Shown piece by piece: positions 15,421 to 30,389 of a stretch of 64,000 bases of DNA. The notes below the pieces were generated by a model that was not told where the DNA came from, searched no databases, and was given only the letters and a program-made list of their open reading frames with translations. Source of the DNA: Centroscyllium fabricii (taxonomy: Eukaryota); contig JBNRSN020000118.1 of the NCBI GenBank assembly GCA_051313645.2, positions 992,001 through 1,056,000 on the forward strand, written 5' to 3'. Within the stretch, counting starts at the first letter, position 1, and every line of letters begins with the position of its first letter. A program made the translations under genes and the position numbers.

Positions 15421-17399
15421 GTGTACACAGTACAGATGTTCATCATGTTGTGGTGCACACTGTACAGATGTTCCTCATGGTGTGGTGCACACTGTACAGA
15501 TGTTCATCATGTTGTGGTGCACACTGTACAGATGTTCATCTTGTTGTGGTGCACGCTGTACAGATGTTCATCATGTTGTGGAGCACACTGTACAGATGTT
15601 CATCATGTTGTGGTGCACAATGTACAGATGTTCATCATGTTGTGGTGCACACTGTACAGATGTTCATCTTGTTGTGGTGCACACTGTACAGATGTTCATC
15701 GTTTTGTGTTGCACACTGTACAGATGTTCATCTTGTTGTGTTGCACACGGTACAGATGTTCATCATGTTGTGGAGCACACTGTACAGATGTTCATCATGT
15801 TGTGGTGCACAATGTACAGATGTTCATCATGTTGTGGTGCACACTGTACAGATGTTCATCGTGTTGTGTTGCACACTGTACAGATGTTCATCTTGTTGTG
15901 GTGCACACGGTAGAGATTTTCATCATGTTGTGGTGCACACTTTACAGATGTTAATCTTGTTGTGGTGCACAATGTACAGATGTTCATCATGTTGTAGTGC
16001 ACACTGTACGGATGTTCATCTTGTTGTGGTGCACACTGTACAGATGTTCATCTTGTTGTGGTGCAGACGGTAGAGATGTTCATCATGTTGTGGAGCACAC
16101 TGTACAGATGTTAATCTTGTTGTGGTGCACACTGTACAGATGTTCATCATGTTGTAGTGCACACTGTACAGATGTTCATCATGTTGCGGTGCACACTGTA
16201 CAGATGTTCATCATGTTGTGGTGCACACTGTACAGATGTTCACCTTCTTGTGGTGTACACAGTACAGATGTTCATCATGTTGTGGTGCACACTGTACAGA
16301 CGTTCCTCATGGTGTGGTGCACACTGTACAGATGTTCATCATGTTGTGGTGCAAACTGTACAGATGTTCATCATGTTGTGGTGCACAATGTACAGATGTT
16401 CATCTTGTTGTGGTTCACACTGTACAGATGTTCATCATGTTGTGGTGCACATTGTACAGATGTTCATCATGTTGTGGTGCACACTGTACAGATGTTCATC
16501 ATGTTGTGGTGCACACTGTACAGATGTTCATCATGTTGTGGTGCACACTGTACAGATGTTCATCTTGTTGTGGTGCACACTGTACAGATGTTCATCATGT
16601 TGTGGTGCACACTGTACAGATGTTCATCTTGTTGTGTTGCACACGGTACAGATGTTCATCATGTTGTGGTGCACACTGTACAGATGCTCATCATGTTGTG
16701 GTGCACACTGTACAAATGTTCATCTTGTTGTGGTGCACACTGTACAGATGTTCATCTTGTTGTGGTGCACACTGTACAGATGTTCATCTTGTTGTGGTGC
16801 ACACTGTACAGATGTTCATCATGTTGTGGTGCACACTGTACAGATGTTCATCATGTTGTGGTGCACACTGTACAGATGTTCATCATGTTGTGGTGCACAC
16901 TGTACAGATGTTCACCTTTTTTGGTGCACACTGTACAGATGCTCATCTTGTTGTGGTGCAAACTGTACAGATGTTGATCATGTTGTGGTACACACTGTAC
17001 AGATGTTCATCATGTTGTGGTGCACACTGCACAGATGTTCATCTTGTTGTGGTTCACACTGTACAGATGTTCATCCTGTTGTAGTGCACACTGTACAGAT
17101 GTCCATCTTGTTGTGGTGCACACTGTACAGATGTTCATCTTGTTGTGGTGCACACTGTACAGAAGTTCACCTTCTTGTGATGTACACAGTACAGATGTTC
17201 ATCATGTTGTGGTGCACACTTTACAGCTGTTCCTCATGTTGTGGTGCACACTGTACGGATGTTGATCATGTTGTGGTGCACACTGTACAGATGTTCCTCT
17301 TGTTGTGGAGCACACTGTACAGATGTTCATCATGTTGTGGAGCACACTGTACAGATGTTCATCATGTTGTGGTGCACAATGTACACATGTTCATCATGT

Positions 17400-20300
17400 T
17401 GTGGTGCACATTTTACAGATGTTCATATTGTTGTGGTGCACATTGTACAGATGTTCAGCATGTTGTGGTGCACACTGTACATATGTTCATCTTGTTGTTG
17501 TGCACACTGTACAGATGTTCATCATGTTGTAGTGCACACTGTGCGGATGTTCATCTTGTTGTGGTGCACACTGTACAGATGTTCATCATGTTGTGGTGCA
17601 CATTGTACAGATGTTCATCATGTTGTGGTGCACACTGTACAGATGTTCATCATGTTGTGGTGCACACTGTACAGATGTTCATCATGTTGTGGTGCACAAT
17701 GTACAGATGTTCATCTTGTGGTGCACACTGTACAGATGTTCATCATGTTGTGGTGCACACTGTACAGATGTTCATCATGTTGTGGTGCAAACTGTACAGA
17801 TGTTCAACATGTGGTGTTGCACACTGTATAGATGTTCATCATGTTGTGGTGCACACTGTACAGATGTTCATCATGTTGTGGTGCACAATGTACAGATGTT
17901 CATCTTGTTGTGGTGCCCACTGTACAGATGTTCATCATGTTGTGGTGCACATTGTACAGGTGTTCATCATGTTGTGGTGCACATTTTACAGATGTTCATC
18001 ATGTTGTGGTGCACACTGTACAGATGTTCATCATGTTGTGGTGCACACTGTACAGATGTTCATCATGTTGTGGTGCACACTGTACAGATGTTCATCATGT
18101 TGTGTTGCACACTGTACAGATGTTCATCATGTTGTGGTGCACACTGTACAAATGTTCATCTTATTGTGTTGCACACTGTACAGATGTTCATCTTGTTGTG
18201 GTGCACACTGTACAGATGTTCATCATGTTGTGGTGCACACTGTACAGATGTTCATCTTGTTGTGGTGCACACTGTACAGATGTTCATCTTGTTGTGGTGC
18301 ACACTGTACAGATGTTCATCATATTGTTGTGCACACTGTACAGATGTTCATCTTGTTGTGGTGCACACTGTACAGATGTTCATCATGTTGTGGTGCACAC
18401 TGTACAGATGTTCATCATGTTGTGGTGCACACTGTACAGATGTTCACCTTTTTTGGTGCACACTGTACAGATTCTCATCTTGTTGTGGTGCAAACTGTAC
18501 AGATGTTGATCATGTTGTGGTACACACTGTACAGATGTTCATCATGTTGTGGTGCACACTGCACAGATGTTCATCTTGTTGTGGTTCACACTGTACAGAT
18601 GTTCATCATGTTGTAGTGCACACTGTACAGATGTTCATCTTGTTGTGGTGCACACTGTACAGATGTTCATCTTGTTGTGGTGCACACTGTACAGATGTTC
18701 ATCAAGTTGTGGTGCACACTGTACAGATGTACATCTTGTTGTGGTGCACACTTTACAGATGTTCATCATGTTGTGGTGCACACTGTACAGATGTTGATCA
18801 TGTTGTGGTGCACACTGTACAGATGTTCATCTTGTTGTGGTGCACACTGTACAGATGTTAATCATGTTGTAGTGCACACTGTACAGAGGTTCATCTTGTT
18901 GTGGTGCACACTGTACAGATGTTCATCTTGTTGAGGTGCACCCTACACAGATGTTCATCATGTTGTGGTGCACACTGTGCAGATGTACATCTTGTTGTGG
19001 TGCACACTGTACAGATGTTCATCATGGTGTGGTGCACACTGTACAGATGTTCATCATGTTGTGGTGCACACTGTACAGATGTTCATCATGTTGTGGTGCA
19101 CACTGTACAGATGTTCCTCATGTTGTGGTGCACACTGTATAGATGTTCATCATGTTGTGGTGCAAACTGTACAGATGTTCATCTTGTTGTGGTGCACACT
19201 GTACAGATGCTCATCATGTTGTGGAGCACACTGTACAGATGTTCATCATGTTGTGGTGCACAATGTACACATGTTCATCATGTTGCGGTGCACACTGTAC
19301 AGATGTTCATCTTGTTGTGTTGAACACTGTACAGATATTCATCTTGTTGTGGTGCACACTGTACAGATGTTCATCATGTTGTGGTGCACATTGTACAGAT
19401 GTTCATCTTGTTGTGGTGCACATTGTACAGATGTTCAGCATGTTGTGGTGCACACTGTACATATGTTCATCTTGCTGTGGTGCACACTGTACATATGTTC
19501 ATCATGTTGTAGTGCACAATGTGCTGATGTTCATCTTGTTGTGGTGCACAATGTACAGATGTTCATCATGTTGTGGTGCACATTGTACAGATGTTCATCA
19601 TGTTGTGGTGCGCACTGTACAGATGTTCATCATGTTGTGGTGCACACTGTACAGATGTTCATCATGTTGTGGTGCACACTGTACAGATGTTCATCATGTT
19701 GTGGTGCACAATGTACAGATGTTCATCTTGTTGTGGTGCACACTGTACAGATGTTCATCCTGTTGTGTTGCGCACTCTACAGATGTTCATCATGTTGTGG
19801 TGCACACTGTACAGATGTTCAACATGTGGTGGTGCACACTGTACAGATGTTCATCATGTTGTGGTGCACACTGTACAGATGTTCATCATGTTGTGGTGCA
19901 CAATGTACAGATGTTCATCTTGTTGTGGTGCACACTGTACAGATGTTCAACATGTTGTGGTGCACATTGTACAGATGTTCATCATGTGGTGGTGCACACT
20001 GTACAGATGTTCATCATGTTGTGGTGCACACTGTACAGATGTTCATCATGTTGTGGTGCACACTGTACAGATGTTCATCTTGTTGTGGTGCACACTGTAC
20101 AGATGTTCATCATGTTGTGGTGCACACTGTACAGATGTTCATCATGTTTTGGTGCACACTGTACAGATGTTCATCATGTTGTGGTGCACACTTTATAGAT
20201 GTTCATCATGTTGTGGTGCACACTGTACAAATTTTCATCTTATTGTGTTGCACACTGTACAGATGTTCATCTTTTTGTGGTGCACACTGTACAGATGTTC

Positions 20301-23300
20301 ATCTTGCTGTGGTGCACACTGTACAGATGTTCATCTTGTTGTGGTGCACACTGTACAGATGTTCATCTTGTTGTGGTGCACACTGTACAGATGTTCATCA
20401 TGTTGTGGTGCACACTGTACAGATGTTCATCATGTTGTGGTGCACACTGTACAGATGTTCATCATGTTGTGGTGCACACTGTACAGATGTTCACCTTTTT
20501 TGGTGCACACTGTACAGATGTTCATCTTGTTGTGGTGCACACTGTACAGATGTTCATCTTGTTGTGGTGCACACTGTACAGATGTTCATCATATTGTTGG
20601 TGCACCCTGTACAGATGTTCATCTTGTTGTGGTGCACACTGTACAGATGTTCATCCTGTTGTGGTGCACACTGTACAGATGTTCATCATGTTGTGGTGCA
20701 CACTGTAAAGATGTTCACCTTTTTTGGTGCACACAGTACAGATGCTCATCTTGTTGTTGTGCAAACTGTACAGATGTTCATCATGTTGTGGTACACACTG
20801 TACAGATGTTCATCATGTTGTGGTGCACACTGTACAGATGTTCATCTTGTTGTGGTGCACACTGTACAGATGTTCATCATGTTGTGGTGCACACTGTACT
20901 GATGTACATCTTGTTGTGGTGCACACTGTACAGATGTTCATCATGTTGTGGTGCACACTGTACAGATGTTCATCATGTTGTGGTGCACACTGTACAGATT
21001 TTCATCATGTTGTGGTGCACACTGTACAGATGTTCACCTTCTTGTGGTGTACACAGTACAGATGATCATCATGTTGTGGTGCACACTGTACAGATGTTCC
21101 TCATGGTGTGGTGCACACTGTACAGATGTTCATCATGTTGTGGTGCACACTGTACAGATGTTCATCTTGTTGTGGTGCACGCTGTACAGATGTTCATCAT
21201 GTTGTGGAGCACACTGTACAGATGTTCATCATGTTGTGGTGCACAATGTACAGATGTTCATCATGTTGTGGTGCACACTGTACAGATGTTCATCTTGTTG
21301 TGGTGCACACTGTACAGATGTTCATCGTGTTGTGTTGCGCACTGTACAGATGTTCATCTTGTTGTGGTGCACACGGTACAGATGTTCATCATGTTGTGGT
21401 GCACACTGTACAGATGTTCATCTTGTTGTGGTGCACACTGTACAGATGTTCATCTTGTTTTGGTGCACACTGTACAGATGTTCATCATGTTGTGGTGCAC
21501 ACTGTACAGATGTTCATCATGTTGTGGTGCACACTGTACAGATGTTCATCATGTTGTGGAGCACACTGTACAGATGTTCACCTTTTTTGGTGCACACTGT
21601 ACAGATGCTCATCTTGTTGTGGTGCAAACTGTACAGATGTTGATCATGTTGTGGTACACACTGTACAGATGTTCATCATGTTGTGGTGCACACTGCACAG
21701 ATGTTCATCTTGTTGTGGTTCACACTGTACAGATGTTCATCATGTTGTAGTGCACACTGTACAGATGTCCATCTTGTTGTGGTGCACACTGTACAGATGT
21801 TCATCTTGTTGTGGTGCACACTGTACAAATGTTCACCTTCTTGTGGTGTACACAGTACAGATGTTCATCATGTTGTGGTGCACACTGTACAGCTGTTCCT
21901 CATGTTGTGGTGCACACTGTATGGATGTTGATCATGTTGTGGTGCACACTGTACAGATGTTAATCTTGTTGTGGAGCACACTGTACAGATGTTCATCATG
22001 TTGTGGAGCACACTGTACAGATGTTCATCATGTTGTGGTGCACAATGTACACATGTTCATCATGTTGTGGTGCACAATGTACAGATGTTCATCTTGTTGT
22101 GGTGCACACTGTACAGATGTTCATCATGTTGTGGTGCACATTGTACAGATGTTCATCATGTTGTGGTGCACACTGTACAGATGTTCATCATGTTGTGGTG
22201 CACACTGTACAGATGTTCATCATGTTGTGGTGCTCACTGTACAGATGTTCATCATGTTGTGGTGCACAATGTACAGATGTTCATCATGTTGTGGTGCACA
22301 CTGTACAGATGTTCATCATGTTGTGGTGCACACTGTACAGATGTTCATCTTGTTGTGGTGCACACTGTACAGATGTTCATCATGTTGTGGTGCACACTGT
22401 ACAGATGTTCATCATGTTGTGGTGCACACTGTACAGATGTTCATCATGTTCTGGTGCACACTGTACAGATGTTCATCATGTTGTGGTGCACACTGTACAA
22501 ATGTTCATCTTATTGTGTTGCACACTGTACAGATGTTCATCTTGTTGTGGTGCACACTGTACAGATGTTCATCATGTTGTGGTGCACACTGTACAGATGT
22601 TCATCTTGTTGTGGTGCACACTGTACAGATGTTCATCTTGTTGTGGTGCACACTGTACAGATGTTCATCATATTGTGGTGCGCACTGTACAGATGTTCAT
22701 CTTGTTGTGGTGCACACTGTACAGATGTTCATCATGTTGTGGTGCACACTGTACAGATGTTCACCATGTTGTGGTGCCACTGTACAGATGTTCACCTTTT
22801 TTGGTGCACACTGTACGGATGCTCATCTTGTTGTGGTGCAAACTGTACAGATGTTGATCATGTTGTGGTACACACTGTACAGATGTTCATCATGTTGTGG
22901 TGCACACTGCACAGATGTTCATCTTGTTGTGGTTCACACAGTACAGATGTTCATCATGTTGTAGTGCACACTGTACAGATGTTCATCTTGTTGTGGTGCA
23001 CACTGTACAGATGTTCAACTTGTTGTGGTGCACACTGTACAGATGTTCATCATGTTGTGGTGCACACTGTACAGATGTTCATCTTGTTGTGGTGCACACT
23101 GTACAGATGTTCAACTTGTTGTGGTGCACACTGTACAGATGTTCATCATGTTGTGGTGCACACTTTACAGTTGTTCATCATGTTGTGGTGCACACTGTAC
23201 AGATGTTCATCATGTTGTGGTGCACACTGTACAGATGCTCATCTTGTTGTGGTGCACACTGTACAGCAGTTCATCATGTTGTAGTGCACACTGTACAGAT

Positions 23301-26300
23301 GTTCATCTTGTTGTGGTGCACACTGTACAGATGTTCATCTTGTTGAGGTGCACACTACACAGATGTTCATCATGTTGTGGTGCACACTGTACAGATGTAC
23401 ATCTTGTTGTGGTGCACACTGTACAGATGTTCATCATGTTGTGGTGCACACTGTACAGATGTTCATCATGTTGTGGTGCACACTGTACAGATGTTCATCA
23501 TGTTGTGGTGCACACTGTACAGATGTTCACCTTCTTGTGGTGTACACAGTACAGATGTTCATCATGTTGTGGTGCACACTTTACAGATGTTCCTCATGTT
23601 GTGGTGCACACTGTACACATGTTCATCATGTTGTGGTGCTCACTGTACAGATGTTCATCTTGTTGTGGTGCACACTGTACAGATGTTCATCTGGTTGAGG
23701 TGCACACTACACAGATGTTCATCATGTTGTGGTGCACACTGTACGGATGTACATCTTGTTGTGGTGCACACTGTACAGATGTTCATCATGTTGTGGTGCA
23801 CACTGTACAGATGTTCATCATGTTGTGGTGCACACTGTACAGATGTTCATCATGTTTTGCTGCACACTGTACAGATGTTCACCTTTTTTGGTGCACACTG
23901 TACAGATGCTCATCTTGTTGTGGTGCAAACTGTACAGATGTTCATCATGTTGTGGTACACACTGTACAGATGTTCATTGTGTTGTGGTGCACACTGTATA
24001 GATGTTCATCTTGTTTTGGGGCACACTGTACAGATGTTCATCATGTTGTAGTGCACACTGTACAGATGTTCATCTTGTTGTGGTGCACACTGTACAGATG
24101 TTCATCTTGTTGAGTTGCACACTACACAGATGTTCATCTTGTTGTGGTGCACACTGTACAGATGTACATCTTGTTGTGGTGCACACTGTACAGATGTTCA
24201 TCATGTTGTGGTGCACACTGTACAGATGTTCATCATGTTGTGGTGCACACTGTACAGATGTTCACCTTCTTGTTGTGTACACAGTACAGATGCTCATCAT
24301 GTTGTGGTGCACACTGTACAGATGTTCCTCATGTTGTGGTGCACACTGTACAGATGTTCATCATGTTGTGGTGCACACTGTACAGATGTTCATCTTGTTG
24401 TTGTGCACACTGTACAGATGTTCATCATGATGTGGAGCACACTGTACAGATGTTCATCATGTTGTGGTGCACAATGTACACATGTTCATCATGTTGTGGT
24501 GCACACTGTACAGATGTTCATCTTGTTGTGGTGCACACTGTACAGATGTTCATCTTGTTGCGTTGCACACTGTACAGATGTTCATCTTGTTGTGGTGCAC
24601 ACTGTACAGATGTTCAACATGTTGTGGTGCACATTTTACAGATGTTCATATTGTTGTGGTGCCCATTGTACAGATGTTCAGCATGTTGTGGTGCACACTG
24701 TACATATGTTCATCTTGTTGTTGTGCACACTGTACAGATGTTCATCATGTTGTAGTGCACACTGTGCAGATGTTCATCTTGTTGTGGTGCACACTGTACA
24801 GATGTTCATCATGTTGTGGTGCACATTGTACAGATGTTCATCATGTTGTGGTGCACACTGTACAGATGTTCTTTATGTTGTGGTGCACACTGTACAGATG
24901 TTCATCATGTTGTGGTGCACAATGTACAGATGTTCATCTTGTGGTGCACACTGTACAGATGTTCATCATGTTGTGGTGCACACTGTACAGATGTTCATCA
25001 TGTTGTGGTGCAAACTGTACAGATGTTCAACATGTGGTGTTGCACACTGTATAGATGTTCATCATATTGTGGTGCACACTGTACAGATGTTCATCATGTT
25101 GTGGTGCACAATGTACAGATGTTCATCTTGTTGTGGTGCCCACTGTACAGATGTTCATCATGTTGTGGTGCACATTGTACAGATGTTCATCATGTTGTGG
25201 TGCACACTGTACAGATGTTCATCATGTTGTGGTGCACACTGTACAGATGTTCATCATGTTGTGGTGCACACTGTACAGATGTTCATCATGTTGTGGTGCA
25301 CACTGTACAGATGTTCATCATGTTGTGTTGCACACTGTACAGATGTTCATCATGTTGTGGTGCACACTGTACAGATGTTCATCTTATTGTGTTGCACAGT
25401 GTACAGATGTTCATCTTGTTGTGGTGCACACTGTACAGATGTTCATCATGTTGTGGTGCACACTGTACAGATGTTCATCTTGTTGTGGTGCACACTGTAC
25501 AGATGTTCATCTTGTTGTGGTGCACACTGTACAGATGTTCATCATATTGTGGTGCACACTGTACAGATGTTCATCTTGTTGTGGTGCACACTGTACAGAT
25601 GTTCATCATGTTGTGGTGCACACTGTACAGATGTTCATCATGTTGTGGTGCACACTGTACAGATGTTCACCTTTTTTGGTGCACACTGTACAGATTCTCA
25701 TCTTGTTGTGGTGCAAACTGTACAGATGTTGATCATATTGTGGTACACACAGTACAGATGTTCATCATGTTGTGGTGCACACTGCACAGATGTTCATATT
25801 GTTGTGGTTCACACTGTACAGATGTTCATCATGTTGTAGTGCACACTGTACAGATGTTCATCTTGTTGTGGTGCACACTGTACAGATGTTCATCTTGTTG
25901 TGGTGCACACTGTACATATGTTCATCAAGTTGTGGTGCACACTGTACAGATGTACATCTTGTTGTGGTGCACACTTTACAGATGTTCATCATGTTGTGGT
26001 GCGCACTGTACAGATGTTGATCATGTTGTGGTGCACACTGTACAGATGTTCATCTTGTTGTGGTGCACACTGTACAGATGTGAATCATGTTGTAGTGCAC
26101 ACTGTACAGAGGTTCATCTTGTTGTGGTGCACACTGTACAGATGTTCATCTTGTTGAGGTGCACCCTACACAGATTTTCATCATGTTGTGGTGCACACTG
26201 TGCAGATGTACATCTTGTTGTGGTGCACACTGTACAGATGTTCATCATGGTGTGGTGCACACTGTACAGATGTTCATCATGTTGTGGTGCACACTGTACA

Positions 26301-28600
26301 GATGTTCATCATGTTGTGGTGCACACTGCACAGATGTTCCTCATGTTGTGGTGCACACTGTATAGATGTTCATCATGTTGTGGTGCACACTGTACAGATG
26401 TTCATCTTGTTGTGGTGCACACTGTACAGATGCTCATCATGTTGTGGAGCACACTGTACAGATGTTCATCATGTTGTTGTGCACAATGTACACATGTTCA
26501 TCATGTTGCGGTGCACACTGTACAGATGTTCATCTTGTTGTGTTGAACACTGTACAGATATTCATCTTGTTGTGGTGCACACTGTACAGATGTTCATCAT
26601 GTTGTGGTGCACATTGTACAGATGTTCATCTTGTTGTGGTGCACATTGTACAGATGTTCAGCATGTTGTGGTGCACACTGTACATATGTTCATCTTGCTG
26701 TGGTGCACACTGTACATATGTTCATCATGTTGTAGTGCACACTGTGCTGATGTTCATCTTGTTGTGGTGCACAATGTACAGATGTTCATCATGTTGTGGT
26801 GCACATTGTACAGATGTTCATCATGTTGTGGTGCGCACTGTACAGATGTTCATCATGTTGTGGTGCACACTGTACAGATGTTCATCATGTTGTGGTGCAC
26901 ACTGTACAGATGTCCATCATGTTGTGGTGCACAATGTACAGATGTTCATCTTGTTGTGGTGCACACTGTACAGATGTTCATCATGTTGTGTTGCACACTC
27001 TACAGATGTTCATCATGTTGTGGTGCACATTGTACAGATGTTCAACATGTGGTGGTGCACACTGTACAGATGTTCATCATGTTGTGGTGCACACTGTACA
27101 GATGTTCATCATGTTGTGGTGCACAATGTACAGATGTTCATCTTGTTGTGGTGCACACTGTACAGATGTTCAACATGTTGTGGTGCACATTGTACAGATG
27201 TTCATCATGTTGTGGTGCACACTGTACAGATGTTCATCATGTTGTGGTGCACACTGTACAGATGTTCATCATGTTGTGGTGCACACTGTACAGATGTTCA
27301 TCTTGTTGTGGTGCACACGGTACAGATGTTCATCATGTTGTGGTGCACACTGTACAGATGTTCATCATGTTTTGGTGCACACTGTACAGATGTTCATCAT
27401 GTTGTGGTGCACACTGTATAGATGTTCATCATGTTGTGGTGCACACTGTACAAATTTTCATCTTATTGTGTTGCACACTGTACAGATGTTCATCTTTTTG
27501 TGGTGCACACTGTACAGATGTTCATCATGTTGTGGTGCACACTGTACAGATGTTCATCTTGTTGTGGTGCACACTGTACAGATGTTCATCTTTTTGTGGT
27601 GCACGCTGTACAGATGTTCATCATGTTGTGGTGCACACTGTACAGATGTTCATCATGTTGTGGTGCACACTGTACAGATGTTCATCATGTTGTGGTGCAC
27701 ACTGTACAGATGTTCACCTTTTTTGGTGCACACTGTACAGATGTTCATCTTGTTGTGGTGCACACTGTACAGATGTTCATCTTGTTGTGGTGCACACTGT
27801 ACAGATGTTCATCATATTGTTGGTGCACACTGTACAGATGTTCATCTTGTTGTGGTGCACACTGTACAGATGTTCATCCTGTTGTGGTGCACACTGTACA
27901 GATGTTCATCATGTTGTGGTGCACACTGTACAGATGTTCACCTTTTTTGGTGCACACTGTACAGATGCTCATCTTGTTGTGGTGCAAACTGTACAGATGT
28001 TCATCATGTTGTGGTACACACTGTACAGATGTTCATCATGTTGTGGTGCACACTGTACAGATGTTCATCTTGTGGTGCACACTGTACAGATGTTCATCAT
28101 GTTGTGGTGCACACTGTACAGAAGTACATCTTGTTGTGGTGCACACTGTACAGATGTTCATCATGTTGTGGTGCACACTGTACAGATGTTCATCACGTTG
28201 TGGTGCACACTGTACAGATGTTCATCATGTTGTGGTGCACACTGTACAGATGTTCACCTTCTTGTGGTGTACACAGTACAGATGTTCATCGTGTTGTGGT
28301 GCACACTGTACAGATGTTCCTCATGGTGTGGTGCAGACTGTACAGATGTTCATCATGTTGTGGTGCACACTGTACAGATGTTCATCTTGTTGTGGTGCAC
28401 GCTGTACAGATGTTCATCATGTTGTGGAGCACACTGTACAGATGTTCACCATGTTGTGGTGCACAATGTACAGATGTTCATCATGTTGTGGTGCACACTG
28501 TACAGATGTTCATCTTGTTGTGGTGCACACTGTACAGATGTTCATCGTGTTGTGTTGCGCACTGTACAGATGTTCATCTTGATGTGGTGCACACGGTACA
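17400..28600. repeat. ~4-kb block duplication: ~17400-21380 repeated at ~24620-28600 (offset 7223 bp); partial third copy at ~29270-30180
   Basis: ORF pairs 17832/25055, 18549/25772, 18965/26188, 19573/26796 and 20199/27422 are all offset by 7223. Shared private variants include gcaccctacac, ttgaacac..gatattc, gtgctgatg and caaattttcatctta. Confidence 0.9.
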
Positions 28601-30389
28601 GATGTTCATCATGTTGTGGTGCATACTGTGCAGATGTTAATCTTGTTGTGGTGCACACTGTACAGATGTTCATCTTGTTGTGGTGCACACTGTACAGATG
28701 TTCATCGTGTTGTGTTGCGCACTGTACAGATGTTCATCTTGATGTGGTGCACACGGTACAGATGTTCATCATGTTGTGGTGCACATTGTACAGATGTTCA
28801 TCTTGTTGTGGTGCACATTGTACAGATGTTCACCTTGTTGTGGTGCACACTGTACAGATGTTCTTCTTGTTGTGTTGCACACTGTACAGATGTTCATCAT
28901 GTTGTAGTGCACACTGTGCAGATGTTCATCTTGTTGTGGTGCACAATGTACAGATGTTCTTCTTGTTGTGTTGCACACTGTACAGATGTTCATCATGTTG
29001 TGGTGCATACTGTGCAGATGTTAATCTTGTTGTGGTGCAAACTGTACAGATGTTCATCATGTTGTGGTACACACTGTACAGATGTTCATCATGTTGTGGT
29101 GCACACTGAACTGATGTTCCTCTTGTTGTGGTGCACTCTGTACAGATGTTCATCATGTTGTGGTGCACACTGTACAGATGTTCATCATGTTGTGGTGCAC
29201 ACTGTACAGATGTTCACCTTTTTTTGTGCACACTGTACAGATGCTCATCTTGTTGTGGTGCAAACTGTACAGATGTTCCTCATGTTGTGGTGCACACTGT
29301 ATAGATGTTCATCATGTTGTGGTGCACACTGTACAGATGTTCATCTTGTTGTGGTGCACACTGTACAGATGCTCATCATGTTGTGGAGCACACTGTACAG
29401 ATGTTCATCATGTTGTGGTGCACAATGTACACATGTTCATCATGTTGCGGTGCACACTGTACAGATGTTCATCTTGTTGTGTTGCACACTGTACAGATAT
29501 TCATCTTGTTGTGGTGCACACTGTACAGATGTTCATCATGTTGTGGTGCACATTGTACAGATGTTCATCTTGTTGTGGTGCACATTGTACAGATGTTCAG
29601 CATGTTGTGGTGCACACTGTACATATGTTCATCTTGCTGTGGTGCACACTGTACATATGTTCATCATGTTGTAGTGCACACTGTGCAGATGTTCATCTTG
29701 TTGTGGTGCACAATGTACAGATATTCATCATGTTGTGGTGCACATTGTACAGATGTTCATCATGTTGTGGTGCACACTGTACAGATGTTCATCATGTTGT
29801 GGTGCACACTGTACAGATGTTCATCATGTTGTGGTGCACAATGTACAGATGTTCATCTTGTTGTGGTGCACACTGTACAGATGTTCATCATGTTGTGGTG
29901 CACACTCTACAGATGTTCATCATGTTGTGGTGCACACTGTACAGATGTTCAACATGTGGTGGTTCACAATGTACAGATGTTCATCATGTTGTGGTGCACA
30001 CTGTACAGATGTTCATCATGTTGTGGTGCACAATGTACAGATGTTCATCGTGTTGTGGTGCACACTGTACAGATGTTCAAAATGTTGTGGTGCACATTGT
30101 ACAGATGTTCATCATGTTGTGGTGCACACTGTACAGATGTTCATCATGTTGTGGTGCACACTGTACAGATGTTCATCATGTTGTGGTGCACACTGTACAG
30201 ATGTTCATCTTGTTGTGGTGCACACTGTACAGATGTTCATCTTGTTGTGGTGCACACTGTACAGATGTTCATCTTGTTGTGGTGCACACTGTACAGATGT
30301 TCATCATGTTGTGGTGCACACTGTACAGATGTTCATCATGTTGTGGTGCACACTGTACAGATGTTCATCATGTTGTGGTGCACACTGTA

